The notes below the pieces were generated by a model. It saw nothing but the letters and a program-made list of their open reading frames with translations. It was not told the DNA's origin and searched no databases. DNA of 64,000 bases from Octopus vulgaris (taxonomy: Eukaryota): positions 128,588,001 to 128,652,000 of the forward strand of contig OX597815.1 in NCBI GenBank assembly GCA_951406725.2. Reading direction: 5' to 3'. Position numbers and translations under genes: made by a program. This document shows positions 12,401-26,044 of this stretch, piece by piece. The stretch's first letter is position 1. Each line of letters begins with the position of its first letter.

Positions 12401-13694
12401 TGAATTCAAAACAAAAAGAGCTAGAAGAAATACTGTATGGCATTTTGTCTAACACTAATGATTTATACATAACATAGACACAAAACCATCATTTTAATGA
12501 GAGCGAGATCATTGATTAAGTTGACCCCAGTACTTGACTATTACTTTTATTTCAATGATCCCAGAAGGATCTGATTTACAAGTTCCAATGAATGTATAAC
12601 ATTGAATTACTCAATTTAAAATATAAAAATGCACTTCATTATCTCAGTACTGAGGGTTCTCTTCTCTAGTAGTCATATATGCGTGTGTGTATGTATCTGT
12701 TTGTAATATATATATATATATATATATATGAAAATACGAGAGAGAGAGTGTGTCCTTCCCGCTTCCTCTCTCTCCCATCTTAAATATCCCAATATTTTCT
12801 GTCGATAGAAGAAGCCAAGTTTTCATTCTTTTGTTTTCAGAGATTAACTGCTGTTATTCCTGCCATTTAACTATGATCTTATTTTTATGCTAAAAATACT
12901 CAAAATTTATCACATTTATTCAATTTTACTTTCCTTGTAATTTTATTATTTTTATTATTTGAATACAATTTACACTCATCATAATTATAATTTCAATTGC
13001 TATTTCCATTGAAGGATTCTAAAGATATTCTATAATCCATTGTATTCTTTCACTGATCAAAGATAATCATTAGAATTTGGGACTTGTTATGGTGATCAGA
13101 ATGAGCAAAAGTTAACACAAGAAAACTTAAATAAAAAGATAACAGCTCAATAAGGGGAATTATAATCTAGCATTTTGGTCAGAGAAGTTTTCTTTTTCCT
13201 TTTGCATGAGCATAGGCTTGGTTTTGTGGTTAAGAAGGTCACTTTGCAACCACATGGTTTCAGTTTCAGTCCCACTGCATGACACCTTGGTCAAGTGCCT
13301 TCTATAGTCTGGTGTTGACCAGTGCCTTATGAGTCAATTTGGTCAACAAAAAACTTGTGGCACTCCCTTGTATAAATGTGTGTGTGTTCTCCACCCCACC
13401 ACCATACTTGACAACTGATATTGGTTTCTTTGTCCTCTTTAAGTTAAAAACCAGTAAAACAGATTGATAGTAAAAGATAAATGATAAAGTCTAGAACATT
13501 TAACAAAATGCTTTGCAGTATTTATTCCCACCTCTTGTACTCTCATTTCAAATTCTGCTGAGGTCAGCCTTATTGTTCACCCTTCCAATGTTAAGTAAGA
13601 TACCATTCTGTACTGGTAGAACCTGTGGAATTGTTAAGTGCTTTGGAAATGTAACCTTATAGTATTTGTTCAGGTCCTCTGCATTCTAGAAGGT

Positions 13695-13990
13695 TCATGG
13701 CTTAATGACTCACAATCGCAAGGCTGTGAATTTGATTCCTGGTAACATGTTGCGACCTTGAGCAAGATACTTTATTTCTCATTGCTCCAGACTACTCAGC
13801 CAACAAAAAGGAATAGTACCTGTAGTTCAAAGGGCCAACTTTGTTACACTCTGTGTCATGCTGAATCTCCCTGGGAACAGCATCAAGAGTATGCATGTCT
13901 GTGGAATGCTCAGCCACTTGCACATTATTTTCACTGACAGGTTGTTCTGTTGATCAGATCAATTGGAACATTCACTGTTACTGACAGATA
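13695..13990 (+). mobile_element. Second tRNA-SINE family (ccttgagcaagaYacttYatttc core)
   Basis: tRNA-like head catggcttaatg...gaatttgattcctgg, then ccttgagcaagatactttatttc. Related copies at ~19720-19983 (-) and ~52505-52750 (+). Confidence 0.6.
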
Positions 13991-14333
13991 GCCAAGCCTC
14001 TGCATTTTCATTTCAAATTTCCTTGTGGCCTCTGTTCATTCATCACTCTGGCCCTTGGATGCCTGTGGTGGAATTGACTCTGATTCAAGCATTTGGACCA
14101 GATCTCCAATTTAAAGATAGCTTCATCCCTCTGTACTCCCATCTCAAAGGCCCTGTAAATGGTCATGAGCATTGCCTTTCCCTTTTGATCAGGCAATATA
14201 ATGAATAAATGACAATCAATTCATTTGTTGTGAGGAGTTAAAAAATCTGACATTTCCAACACTTGTTCCTTTATGACAAAAAGAGAATTACTGGACTATA
14301 TTTGACACTTTTATGAATATACTTCTGCATTAA

Positions 14334-14564
14334 CCCTTTTGTTAATTTATATCTGTTGAAATCCACTGCCTCTGTTTCAATTAATTTTGAAAATAATGAA
14401 GAATTTAATAAAATAACTTTGTCATTATTAAGCTTATGTATAGAACATAAATTAACATGGAGGGGTAGATGTTTTTATTTGATGGAAGGTTTTAATTTAG
14501 ATTGCTTGGGATGGTTTTATCATAGAACAAGGGTCATCATCAGATGAGTTCATATCAAAAGGGG
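14334..14564 (+). mobile_element. TTAA-flanked MITE (piggyBac-like, family A)
   Basis: TTAA at 14330-14333, cccttttg...caaaagggg, TTAA at 14565-14568; homologous to 40621-41058. Confidence 0.7.
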
Positions 14565-15689
14565 TTAACTTCCCTCATTACCTCATTTAAAGATATTCTC
14601 CTACCTATTCTTTCTTTTATTTATGAAGAGAGTGGTCTTTAGTTTTGTGAGTTACAAAGTGACCTCACTTGTGCTGGTGCTACAAAAAACTGAAGAAAAC
14701 AATGCAGCCAGTACATTCTGTAAAGTGGATGATGAATTGAGCAGAGGGAACATGAGGTTTATGAGGTTTTTTCTTCTTGGCATAGGCCATTTCAACCTCT
14801 CTGGTGCTGATGTCATTAAAAAATGCATCCTAGTCAACACTGTAAAATGATTGGTATCAGGAAGAGCATCCAGCCATTGAAACCATGCCAAATCAAACAT
14901 CTGAGCAATACATGGTTGTCCAACCTGTCAGATTGAGATGAATAATCTAACCCATGCCAGTACAGAAAGCAAACATAAAATGATAATAATGATACCTCTG
15001 ACTACCACTACCAATTTCCTTGAATTCCAGACCATCTTACCTTAGATTTATTTTCTTAAGACCTCCCTCTAATTTCTTTACATCTTATCTGTGTTGAACA
15101 TAATTTCAATGTGCTAATACCTAGTTATGTTTCAAATGGATTTGAAGTGTGATTATAGATACACCTGGTAAACATAAACACACATATATAAAACTTTTCT
15201 CTCTCCACTCCTTTTTGCTCTTGCTAGTTTTACTATCACATCAGAGATGCACTATGGTGATGGGTGGTGGTGGTGACATTAATGTAGTGGCGGTGAATTA
15301 AAACCTGTATTTCGTCTAAAGATGATCATGTTTGTTATGTTAGGTAATTCACTTAGTTCGTACTTGTAACTGATATAAATGCTCAAAATTATGTGTGTAG
15401 GTGTGTGTATGTAGTAGGATGTTTGGTTGATTAGTTATTTTGTGTGTGTGGGTAGTTGTTTGTGTGTGTATGTATGTGTGTTGTTGTTTAGTTCGTTGTG
15501 TATGTGTAGTGATGTTTACAGTGCTACTTTAAATGTTTTATATATATGTATTCTATTTATTACTTCAACATGAGTTGTTTCAAAATCAGTAAAATAAACT
15601 ATAAATTAACAACAACAACCATAACATTTTAGTTAAAACATTATAAAACGTTGCATGAATATTATTTATACTAGTTAACATTTTCTGGT

Positions 15690-15790
15690 TGGATTCCTTT
15701 CTCCAGCATGCATCTTCCACATGCATTACATGTCCATAACTGTGCAGTTGTCTCTTTCTGCATACATCAGTAAACTCACTTGTGTTCCAG
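15690..15790 (-). mobile_element. Old RTE ORF fragment
   Basis: DVCRKRQLHSYGHVMHVEDACWRK aligns to the RTE motif ERRLRWYGHVARMDEDRCV. Confidence 0.6.
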
Positions 15791-16649
15791 CTTTTATCAT
15801 TAGTTAACATTGCTCGTTTTAATGGACCTCATTTTTCTCCAATCACAGTAGCTCTGCTTCCATTCACTGCCCATTTTCCCCTTTCCATAGAACATTATGC
15901 TTCTCATTTATGCCTCATATTGTCTGCATATCACATGAAGAGAGAAACCCCTCCTTTTTTTTTTTTTTGTGAAAGGAATAATAGGAATGATTTTAGGTAG
16001 TAGTTCTCCATTCCTTCTACTGTTCATCCTTCACAAGACACAAAAGAGCTATTGGTGTTCAATTATTGCTGTTCAACAGCACAAAGAAAGCTTCAAACTC
16101 TACTTTAATGCTAACTTTTACTACAGCCTGGTCAATGTGTCTAGGGTAATAGATGGAAGGTTATAATTCAAATTTTACCATTGCAACTATTTTGTTGCAT
16201 CTCCAAGTTTGTTTTATGTCAGTTTTTCCATGCTAGTATGGGTTAGTTGAATACATATCATTGAAGCATTGTTTCTAAGGTAGATGTCCTTCCTCACTGT
16301 AAACTTGTACCAGTTTTTCAAGAAAAGGATACGTTTTTATTCCCCATGTCTTCAAAAGCACACATCTTGTGAAAGATTTGTTGAGAGGGAATGACAACAA
16401 ACTTCACTATAACTTAATGTTTTTTCATGTGAAGCACAGAATGTAAACATTCACACAGATACACACACTATCATGTATATACATATTTATGCATAACACA
16501 CACATACACACACTTTATATTGTTTTTATCAACTAGATTCACTTATAAATCTGAACCTGAAACTAGGTGGTTGAGCCATTCCTCCAAGTAAGATACTTAA
16601 TTCTACTTAACTTCAATTAATTCTGTTGGTATCATAACTAGTTAAAATA

Positions 16650-17477
16650 AGCTCTATATTTTCATGTCTTGCTTAGTTTGGAGGAAGGTTTCAGTAATTA
16701 TGGCCTTCATAAGTCTTCTGATATTTACAAGCTTCATAATGTTGATATTCAATAAGTCAGTGAATAAGAAAGTAAAGTAAATCCAGTGAGTTGGTTTTAA
16801 CATTTGTCAGTTAGGTGAATGTTCTTTTAGATTTGGTCTGTGATATTTTGTGTGTTTACCACAACCAGCAGCAGCTGACGATCAGCGTTAAAGCATTTTC
16901 TGACCTAGAAAAGGATGCAGTTTTTGCTATGTTAGGAATATAGAATCATCAGAGATTGTGAGGTTTAGCAAATTTATGTGGAGTTTAATTGTTAGAGAAG
17001 GTGAGGTACAAGATTGTCTCCTTGATGTATGTAGTGGTTGTGTATTTGTCCTGTTGAAAGAGAATGTCCTCATCAAAGTGTTCATGTCCTCTTTGAAAGA
17101 TATTTTTTAGGTCTTTGTTCATAGAGGCTGTACCTCATTAGTGTGAGGTGTCTACATTGCATGTGAATGATGTTTGTGTGGGGAAAGTTAAGGAAGGTTG
17201 TAAAGAGCAGTGTTATCAACATTAAGAGTGAGCACTATTGAAGATGGCAAGCAGATTGTTTGTTACAAGAGAATTAATGGAGGAGGAGAGACAAAACTGG
17301 GTTGATAGATTGTGAATCAGAAATAGTTTCACCTGCACACTCTATAGCAGCGTTTCTCAACCTTTTTACTCATGTGTAACCCTTAAAATAAATTATGTCT
17401 CAAGGAACCCCTGCACAAAAAACAAATTATATACCATATATTACTCATATTTTTTCATTGTAGTTCACGTGGTAAAT

Positions 17478-17548
<71 letters not shown>

Positions 17549-18300
17549 CCATAAATTACAGACATCACTAAATATATCCTCAATAGTTGTTATATTTTTT
17601 TGATAACATAATAGGTTAGATAGGATGATGTCTATATTACAATAACCAATAATATGTTGTGCATGTATAGTAATATTATGATCATGAAATTAGCATTAAC
17701 ATCACTCTTTCTCGCAGGACCCCGGTTGAGAAATGTTGCTCTACAGTGATGCATTTGGGCATGTAGCTTTAAATCTAAGAGTTGCAGTCCATAGACAAGT
17801 AACTAGGCTTGGAGTTTCTTATATCAGACACAGCCAAATGCTCTCTAAAAACAAGTGAAACAATATTGCTGAAGCTGAAATTGTCTAGAGTGAAGAAACA
17901 CTGAGGAGTGAATGTATCCTTTTCAGGGAAAAGGAAAACAACTGAAAGGTGTTGAAGATGAGTATTTTTAGAAACTGTTTTCAGTTGATAGTTGGCCGTA
18001 TCAGAAGTTGCTCTTCTTTAGAATGGAACCTACTTTATACCAAAGACTGGTAAAAAAAACTCTCTAGGGAAAGATTGATTGAGGAATTTGGTAAGAATAT
18101 GAACTATTTCTGGTACATAATGTCAGGGCTAATAGCATTATTGATTTAGAGTAATCAAAAGCATATTTTTTACAATTAGCATGTATGTATGCAAAATGAC
18201 AAATCTCATGGAGTGAAGGAGGAATGTACTGGAGTACTTTTGTTGAGTATTGTGAGGTTGGAAGCAAAACTAGCAACAATTATGGACAGTTTCTCCACAA
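16650..18300 (-). mobile_element. Highly decayed CR1-clade LINE reverse-transcriptase region, interrupted by a hAT MITE
   Basis: Minus-strand remnants NNLLAIFNSAHS..DNTAL (INDLL...HSYADD) and SMNKDLKNIFQ; upstream V.SILKK...TANYQL (V.PI.KKG..ANYRP). Similar to 43715-44810. Confidence 0.55.
17348..17738. mobile_element. hAT (Charlie-like) MITE with 8-bp TSD
   Basis: TIRs cagcgtttctcaacc / ggttgagaaatgttg; flanks ctctatag (17340-17347) and ctctacag (17739-17746); internal (TA)n. Confidence 0.85.
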
Positions 18301-20630
18301 AAGTACTGCTTTTCGAGATTTCTTTAATTAGGAGTGCTGGGCATTTTTAATTCCATTCGTTTGAAAATAATTAAGTAAACAAGGTTTACTTGTTTACATT
18401 ATTAAGGTTGCAGCTACTGATAGCAAGCACCTACCTCTTCCTGTAACTTCTAAGTCCATACCAAGGAGGAGAAAGCCTCTGTATAGTCACTTGATCTGCT
18501 AGCAATAGCAACCAAATTTCCCTCAAATTACACCCTGCCATCTTAAAAAAGGAAGACACACATTGGCTAATATAGTTCTGGGTTCCATGTAGGTTGAAAC
18601 AGATGGGATGTTTATGGCTGGATGGCCTTTGATTATAGGTCTGCTCAATGAGGGTTGACTCAAAATTAAACAAAAATTCTGAGACCACAATTTTTCACTC
18701 TGTGTTAATATTACAAATGGCAGTTTGTCAAAAAAAATGTGCAAACAAGTTAAAATATTGGAGTAGATATCCTCGAAGTAAAACTGGAACAAAAACTACC
18801 TTTTATTTTCATAGTGTAATCAGCTTAAAAATTACTTTTTCACAGAGCTCTGGCATGCATATACAAGTGAGTTTGTGTTTCTGCTTTCATCCATAACTAT
18901 AAGGTGGATTGTGTAGGAAGAAAATCTGGTCAATGTTTGAATTGTTCATGGCTGTTTACTGCATGACCTAATTACTGCTTTTAGTTGACAGTGTTTTAAT
19001 TTCATCAATATCAAGAACTTTATTTGCATTTCAAATGACCTCATTCCCAACTTTCTTTATTCATCTTGTTTATTCTAAATATTTAAAAACAGATTTGTTT
19101 GTGAAAATTAAATAGCTAAGCCTCTCTTCCCTCAGAACATGCGCTTAAATCTCTCTGACTTCATTTACTATAAATAACACACTGTAAGAAATAAAGTAAT
19201 CATCAGATCCGGTCCTTGTTGCAGTGCTGTGGCTTGTGTGACCCTGAGAGCTCTGCCAGCAGTGTGCGAGCTCCTGGTAGGGCATCCCATGTTGGACATG
19301 TCATAGGATAGAGGGCCAGACTAATGTGAACTACCTCTTCTCAGAAGTGAAAATGGACTTCTGTAGGGTCAACACTTTTACCTAGGAAAAGGCAAAGTTA
19401 CAGAATGATAAAAGTAGGGATAAAGATCCTTCTAGAGCAGATCTGGCCAATCCAAATTACATTGTGAGCCACTTTAATCACAGAAAGTTTTTGGGGGTCT
19501 GCTTGTATACTGACAGAATTGAAAACATTTTGCTTTCTCATACTATTATTAGAATAATGAATGAATTAATGTTGATTCAACATGAAATATTATCGTTGCA
19601 AAAACAGTATCTTTCTCTTTTACTTTTCATTACGATCTTTAATTTTTGATAAAATTTTTAAAATGCTTGTTTAAATAACCCATTTCAAGAAAATATCAAG
19701 CAAGACAAAAGTTTGCAGGCCTCAGGTTGGCCAGCCTTGTTCTAGAGTCATATAGACTCATAGTGCCAGTTTTCCTAATTCTGTGGCACATATACATTAC
19801 TTCACTTGGAACAGGACTCAGGTCCATTGCAGGAATACTCAATTTTGCCAGATGAGTACACTGGAGAAATGTGAAATGAAGTGTTTTGCTCAAGAACACA
19901 ACACATCACTCAGTCCAGGAGCTGAATGTGCAATCTTAAGATCATGAGTGCAACGACCTAACCACTAAGCCATGTACCTTCACAAGTTACAGGAGCATCA
20001 ATGATAATTCAAAATTAACAAGACCTGGGAGCAGAAGGCCTTTCTTCAAGGATGGATAGGCCACACCTTAAGACCCTAGAGCTGAAAACACTGCAGAAAT
20101 GTCATTGTTGGCCTATGCTTGATTAGAAGCAAAGGTCTTAAGAGAGAGAAAGAAATGAAGTAAAGTAAATCATTATCAAAATATGTAATGTGAAGCGTTG
20201 TACTGAGATACAAGCCTACTTTTGACCGACTTTCAGAGTATAGAATTAGATAATTAAATTGACCTCAATTTTGAAGTACTGTTAATGAAGAATAAAATAA
20301 GATAATGATGTGTGTGTGTGTGTGTAGATATTTGATGAATTGAGATTTTACTGATAATTATGTCTCAATCAGTGATGTGTAATTGTTTCTAGCAAGGTAT
20401 ATATCTATGATGCAATGGATTAAGTAAATACACAGTGATAGAGGTGTTGATGTATTGTATTAAGACTATCTTTGGGCTTTATTTATACTCTGACAGGTTT
20501 TGATATTCTTTTGGTCATTTTGTTATTGTATATCTCTATCATCTTAAATAACTACATGTGTGTGCATGCATATATTAATGTGTATGTGTATATATATATT
20601 ATTTTTTTAGACTTCATGGACTTTTCCTTC

Positions 20631-20668
20631 TCTTTCTGACGAAAATCTATGCATGAAATGTTAAAAAC
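20631..20668 (+). ncRNA. Degenerate minimal hammerhead-like motif in a Penelope-like terminus
   Basis: tcttt CTGACGA a aatctatgcat GAAAT GTT aaaaa, followed by ctgagcgttttagctaacac, like the PLE tail at 26683-26815. Stem II has decayed. Confidence 0.4.
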
Positions 20669-21569
20669 TCACTCTTTTTACCCACTTTTACTGAGCGTTT
20701 TAGCTAACACATTCCATATATATGTCCCTTTGTTGTTTTGTTAGCATTATTTTTTATGTTCAGTTGTTAATGTTCAATTTTTAATGTTCGATTTGATTAC
20801 ATATATATAGTTGTGTATGCACATGTTTATGTATATAAATGCATGTGTATGTACATAATGTTTATATATATTTACCTGTGTGTGTGTCTATATATATACA
20901 TATATATGTGTGTGTGTATGTGTTTGTGCTTCCTCGAGTTGTTGTGTTTTTTTGTGCTTTCTTGTTTGGATTAACTATATATATATATATATAGTAGCCC
21001 AAAAGCTGCCCTCTAGATGGACTTCTAATTCAGCTCCTGTCAGGCCTTTCATAAAATTTAAGAACCAATACAAATAACATGTAGCTACATCACTAATTCT
21101 GTATTTCTTTAAAAAGTTTATCATGTGAAAATTTGTGGCATGTAAACTTCATTGGACCTTTTTTGCTGCTGATCTTTAGTGAGTTATCCAGTGTAAAAAC
21201 TTCACCTGATCATGTTGAGTGAAAATTACATTGGATCTTTCTCTTATTTTGTAGGAATTGACAGGTTCATGCTATTCTGGTGGATAGTGTTTGTGTTCAT
21301 TTGCCTTCACATCACACAAAAGTTGTAAAATGATTGTAACTGTCATAGAAGTGGTGTTATTTTCAATTTTCCATGCTAATGTGTCCCAGCCATGAGGACT
21401 ATAACCTTGCTTGGAAATAGTTGAGGGTTAGGGACAGGAAGGGCACACTGCTGTAGAAAATTTGCCTCAATGAATTGTGTCTGGCCCATGCAAGCATGGA
21501 AATGTGGTTGTTAAAACAGTGATGTGTGTGTGTGTGTGCATACATACATACATACATGTGTGTGTGTGT

Positions 21570-21612
<43 letters not shown>

Positions 21613-21729
21613 GAACTTGTTGTATATAGTACTCATGTACACTATAACTCATGAGAAAAAGTAGCCAAAAATGGACAGACACACATACACATGTACATGT
21701 ATCTGTGTAATCATGAATAAGTGTGTCTC

Positions 21730-22115
21730 TTGTATCTTCTACTTGCTTCAGTGATTGAACTGTAGCCATGCTGGAGCATCATGTTGAAAAGTTTAGTTGA
21801 ACAAATTGATCCCAATACTTTTTTTTTTGAAGTTTGGGACTTATTCATTCTATCAGTCTCTTTTGCTGAATCACTTAGTAACAGGGATGTAAACAAACCA
21901 ACACTGGTTATTAAATAGTGGTGGAGGTGGGGGACAGGCACAAAGACACACGCATGTATACAATGAGCTTCTACACAGTTTCTGTCTACCAAATTCACTT
22001 ACAAGGCATTAGTCCACCTTGGGCTATATTTGAAGTCAGTTGTCAAAGTTGTGCACAGATCTGAACCCCAAAACCATGTGATCGCAAAGTGAGTTGCTTA
22101 ACCATGCAGCCATGC
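21730..22115 (-). mobile_element. tRNA-derived SINE
   Basis: Same family as 5965-6335 (tail gccatgctggagca..., head accatgtgatcgcaaag...ccatgcagccatg on +). Confidence 0.75.
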
Positions 22116-23068
22116 ATCTGTGTATCTGTCTATACATATATATCGAAATCGGAAATGTCACTATCATTATTCAGTTTTGCATTTCAGCTTTTTGTTGCAG
22201 TGAAAAGCAAATCTGAGTACTTTATAGTGTGGTGACATCTCGATTTTAATAAATATATAAACTCTTGTGTGTATTGAGTAATTTTCCCTGAGGTTTGTAA
22301 ACATGCACTCTTAGTTGATATATCTCTAAACTATACTATATATTTCCATTAATATGCTATTAATTAACCAAGTATATTGTGCACTAATCCATCAACTGAT
22401 ATTGTTGTATATAATATTCACAAAATAATTATACATAACGAGCTTATTGTGTAGCAAAGGTTTTATTGAATAATCACAGTAGTTGGTTAAATAAAAAGTG
22501 GATGCTGTAGTTATTGTCATCTGAATATCTGTGCACAATATATATTATCAGTTATGTTACCCATCTTATATATGTATGTATGTGTGCGTACACATTTGCA
22601 TATATATATATATATTCATTCATGTGTGCGTGTATATATATATATATATGTATGTATATTTGCATATATATATATATATATATATTTATTCATGTATGTC
22701 TTTCTATCTATCTTTATATATATATATATATATATATACATACATACACACACATATATATATATATGTATATATGTATAGAGTATCGATTTAATTACTA
22801 ACATTAGATCATGTAATATTTCGTTTAATAATCTTATATATACCACATAATGTTATGTCTCTTATTTAATACTACTAACTATTCACATAAATAGACAGTA
22901 TAATATTGACCAATCATATAAATGTTGTGCTTCAGTTAGCCATACATTCAGCAACATTTCCTTTCGTTTCTTTTTTCTTCTCTTTTTTTTTTCTTTTCTG
23001 TCTCTTTTTCTCTCTTTATTTCTATTTTTATCATTTTTATCTTTCAATTTGTTGTTGTTTTTCAATAG

Positions 23069-23134
23069 AAAGTCTGAATCATCAAGAGAGGAATGAGCCA
23101 AGGGAAAATATGTTAGAAGACCGCAAGCCCTTTG
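23069..23134 (+). CDS. Internal coding small exon 1 (66 nt, phase 1-1), peptide (E)SLNHQERNEPRENMLEDRKPF
   Basis: A ~100-nt pyrimidine/U-rich tract ends in ttttcaatag, the donor is G|gtgagt, the frame is open, and the peptide resembles exon 42896-42958. Confidence 0.8.
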
Positions 23135-25646
23135 GTGAGTAAGAATTACCAATGCTATTCAAAAGAGATGCTGTCTTTGGTGTAGCAGCATAATTTATGT
23201 TTGTGTTTTTTTCTTTTCCATTTTTTTTTTTTTGGCAAGAAATAGGTAGTAGGGGAGAGAGAGAGAGAGAGTTCTTTCTACCCCATCACCTCAATGATTT
23301 GAGTTGTTGACAGAAATACTTTAACAGTTCAAAGAGGGTTTTACTTGGTGCTGATTGCATTCATCTCATTAATTAATAGACCTGACAGAACTACAGACAG
23401 CTGTTTGCACTCCTAGTTGTTAGTATTTATTTATTTATTCGTGTACGAAATTGAGTATGGAATGATATAATAAAAGCACATCTAAAATAGCTAGGATTTC
23501 AAGAGAGAATGGCACTTTCGATGGGGGTAAAGAGGAATGAGATCTTTAACATAGTCTGAAAGAAACTATTAACTGAAGAAGCTGACACACTAAAGTGTTG
23601 GATATGTCCTCTTTTAGACAACATAAACCAGATATTTTAGCTTTACCTTATGTATTGAACTGTGCTTTAAGACTAAGTCACATTACACTAGATATCCAGC
23701 CTAATCTCTTCTCCTGGTAATGGGAGCCATTCTGCAATTCCATGTTAATTTATTTGTTAGAGGTGTTTGCTCCAACAATTAGCATAGAAATTTTCAAAAC
23801 CTGTCAATCTAGCCAAGTTATTATAGTACAATTGAATGTAAAATAATTAAACTATGTTAAACCAAGAATTTTAATTGGTGTAATTCATCATTAGAATTAT
23901 GTCTGTTTTTCCTTGTTGGCGTCTATTGGATTTGTTTGTAATCAAAAATATTGATTTGTAACTTAGGCCCGAGGCGACAGTTTTGGGAAGAAACAGTTGA
24001 TCATATGAATACCAGTACTTTGTTGGAATTTACTCACCATGTAAGGTTGAAACACATAGTCAATCTTGGAAGGATTTGAACTGAGAATATAAATGAGCTA
24101 AATATGAAAAGGCATTATATTGTATTATATTTGTTCTACCAAATCTGTTAGTCTGTCGCCATGGGAAATTGACTGCAATGAAAAATATTAATAAGTATTT
24201 TAAAAAATGTTGCTACTCTTAAGATAATCAACCCAACTTCTTCATAAGTTCTTCAAGAGTCATTTACATAAGAAATAGTTGTATCATTTGCATAGAATCA
24301 CCTTCTACAAGCCTCTGGTGGTCGTGGTTGACTAAGAACTGTATGTGTAGGTGTCTGAACAAGGATTTTTGTAAAAGACTGGTTCTTACCTATGCATGTA
24401 GTCTCCCCTCTCTGCACCAAGGGAAACACCACCACCTTAGGACTGAATCAACTTGACATCAGTGCTATTATAGGCATTGCAGTCAGAACACAAAGAGCTG
24501 AAACATATTCCTAATAGCATCTTGTCCTATGTTCTAATTGTTTAGCTAATTCACCACCTTGGATTGGTTCTTTTTTTTTTTTTATTCAACCTTGAAAAGA
24601 GGAAATGCACAGTTGGCCTTGGTGTGATTTGAACTCAGTATGCAATGGATCAGAACAAATATCACAAGGCATTCTATCCAACACCCTAATAATCCTGCCA
24701 ATTTGTCACCTCAAGTTGCTTTATTGTTATTCTAATACATAGTTCATTTGCTCCAGGTGAATTCTCACCAAGCAGACCTATGATTGAAGGTGTTCCAGCC
24801 ATCGATCTTGCATTTTTTATATGGAGATCTTCAGTTACATTTGTGAATGTGTTCTTCCTTTTTATGTGGATAGTGTATGGTCTAGGGGAAATTTGATTGA
24901 TGTTTCTAGCAATAGATATTCCTCTAGTGGTTTATAGAGGTGTTGTGATATAGCCAGGTAGATAAGTAATGTGATTGAAAGGCCTTTAACGGTTTGTATT
25001 TTGTGGATGGATGTCGAATTAAATGTTTATCTCAGGTTTACTGGGTTGTAGGTGTCCTTAAACTTTTCCTTCCAGTGTGTTGATTTGGAAACAACTTGCT
25101 TGTGCTTATGCTGCCAATTGAAATTTCTACACACCAGGTGTGTATCGGGAGTCATCAAGAGAACATGTATGCTGTTTTGAGACCTTCCTTCAATAGCTTT
25201 GCAGTGCACCAGCCTTCCCACTGACAAAGGCTCCACCTTATAGATTGGCTGCTTTGTGTAAAATGGTTGAGTAACATATTGTGGTCAGTTTTGGTTTTTA
25301 TCCTTCTGGGGTTGGACTGGATTGCCCATGGTCAGTCCACTGCAGGACAAAGGCCTTAGCATGTTCTCAATCACAGTCAGATGAGGAAGCCTTGAATCTG
25401 AGGTTGAGATCATACTGGTTTGACGAGCCTACTCTGCCACACTGGTTCAGCATGGCTTGTCAGACAGGTGCAGTTTTTTATCCTCATATCTAGGAGTAGT
25501 TAAATTGATTACCCCCTTTTTGAGGTTAAGAAAAATAAAATACCAGTTAAATACTAGGGTCTGTATAATTGACTGTTCCCTGCTCCCAAATTTCTAATTT
25601 TGTGCCTTTATGAGAAATGAGTTTCACTTAATTTAATGTTCTTGTG

Positions 25647-25709
<63 letters not shown>

Positions 25710-25773
25710 TACATACATCCATATAAAGTAAAGGAGTCAAAAGGAAGAGTAAGTACGGTTAGGCAACTTTTTA

Positions 25774-25876
25774 ATCACTACAAATGTTTTGATACATGGA
25801 TTTAAAGTTAAGTTTAAATGAAATTATGTAACGGTTTACTTGTATAAGAGGGTCTATATGTATCTCCTCAGGCGAT
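25774..25876 (-). ncRNA. Degenerate type I hammerhead with long stem II
   Basis: Minus strand: atcgc CTGAGGA gatacat-[60 nt]-atgtatc AAAAC attt GTA gtgat. 5-bp stem I, 7-bp stem II base, GAAA>AAAA (CpG-type decay). Confidence 0.6.
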
Positions 25877-26044
25877 ACTCAGTTGCTGTCTCCATAAGTA
25901 AATCTAGATTTCCATGCTACAACATCCACAGCTTCTTCTTTGAAACTAAGACTAGAATTGGCAACATACCATAAGAATACTACTGGCTATTTGGGAATTC
26001 TAAGGGTGAATGAGCTCTATTTGTACTCTTATACGTTCTTAAGA

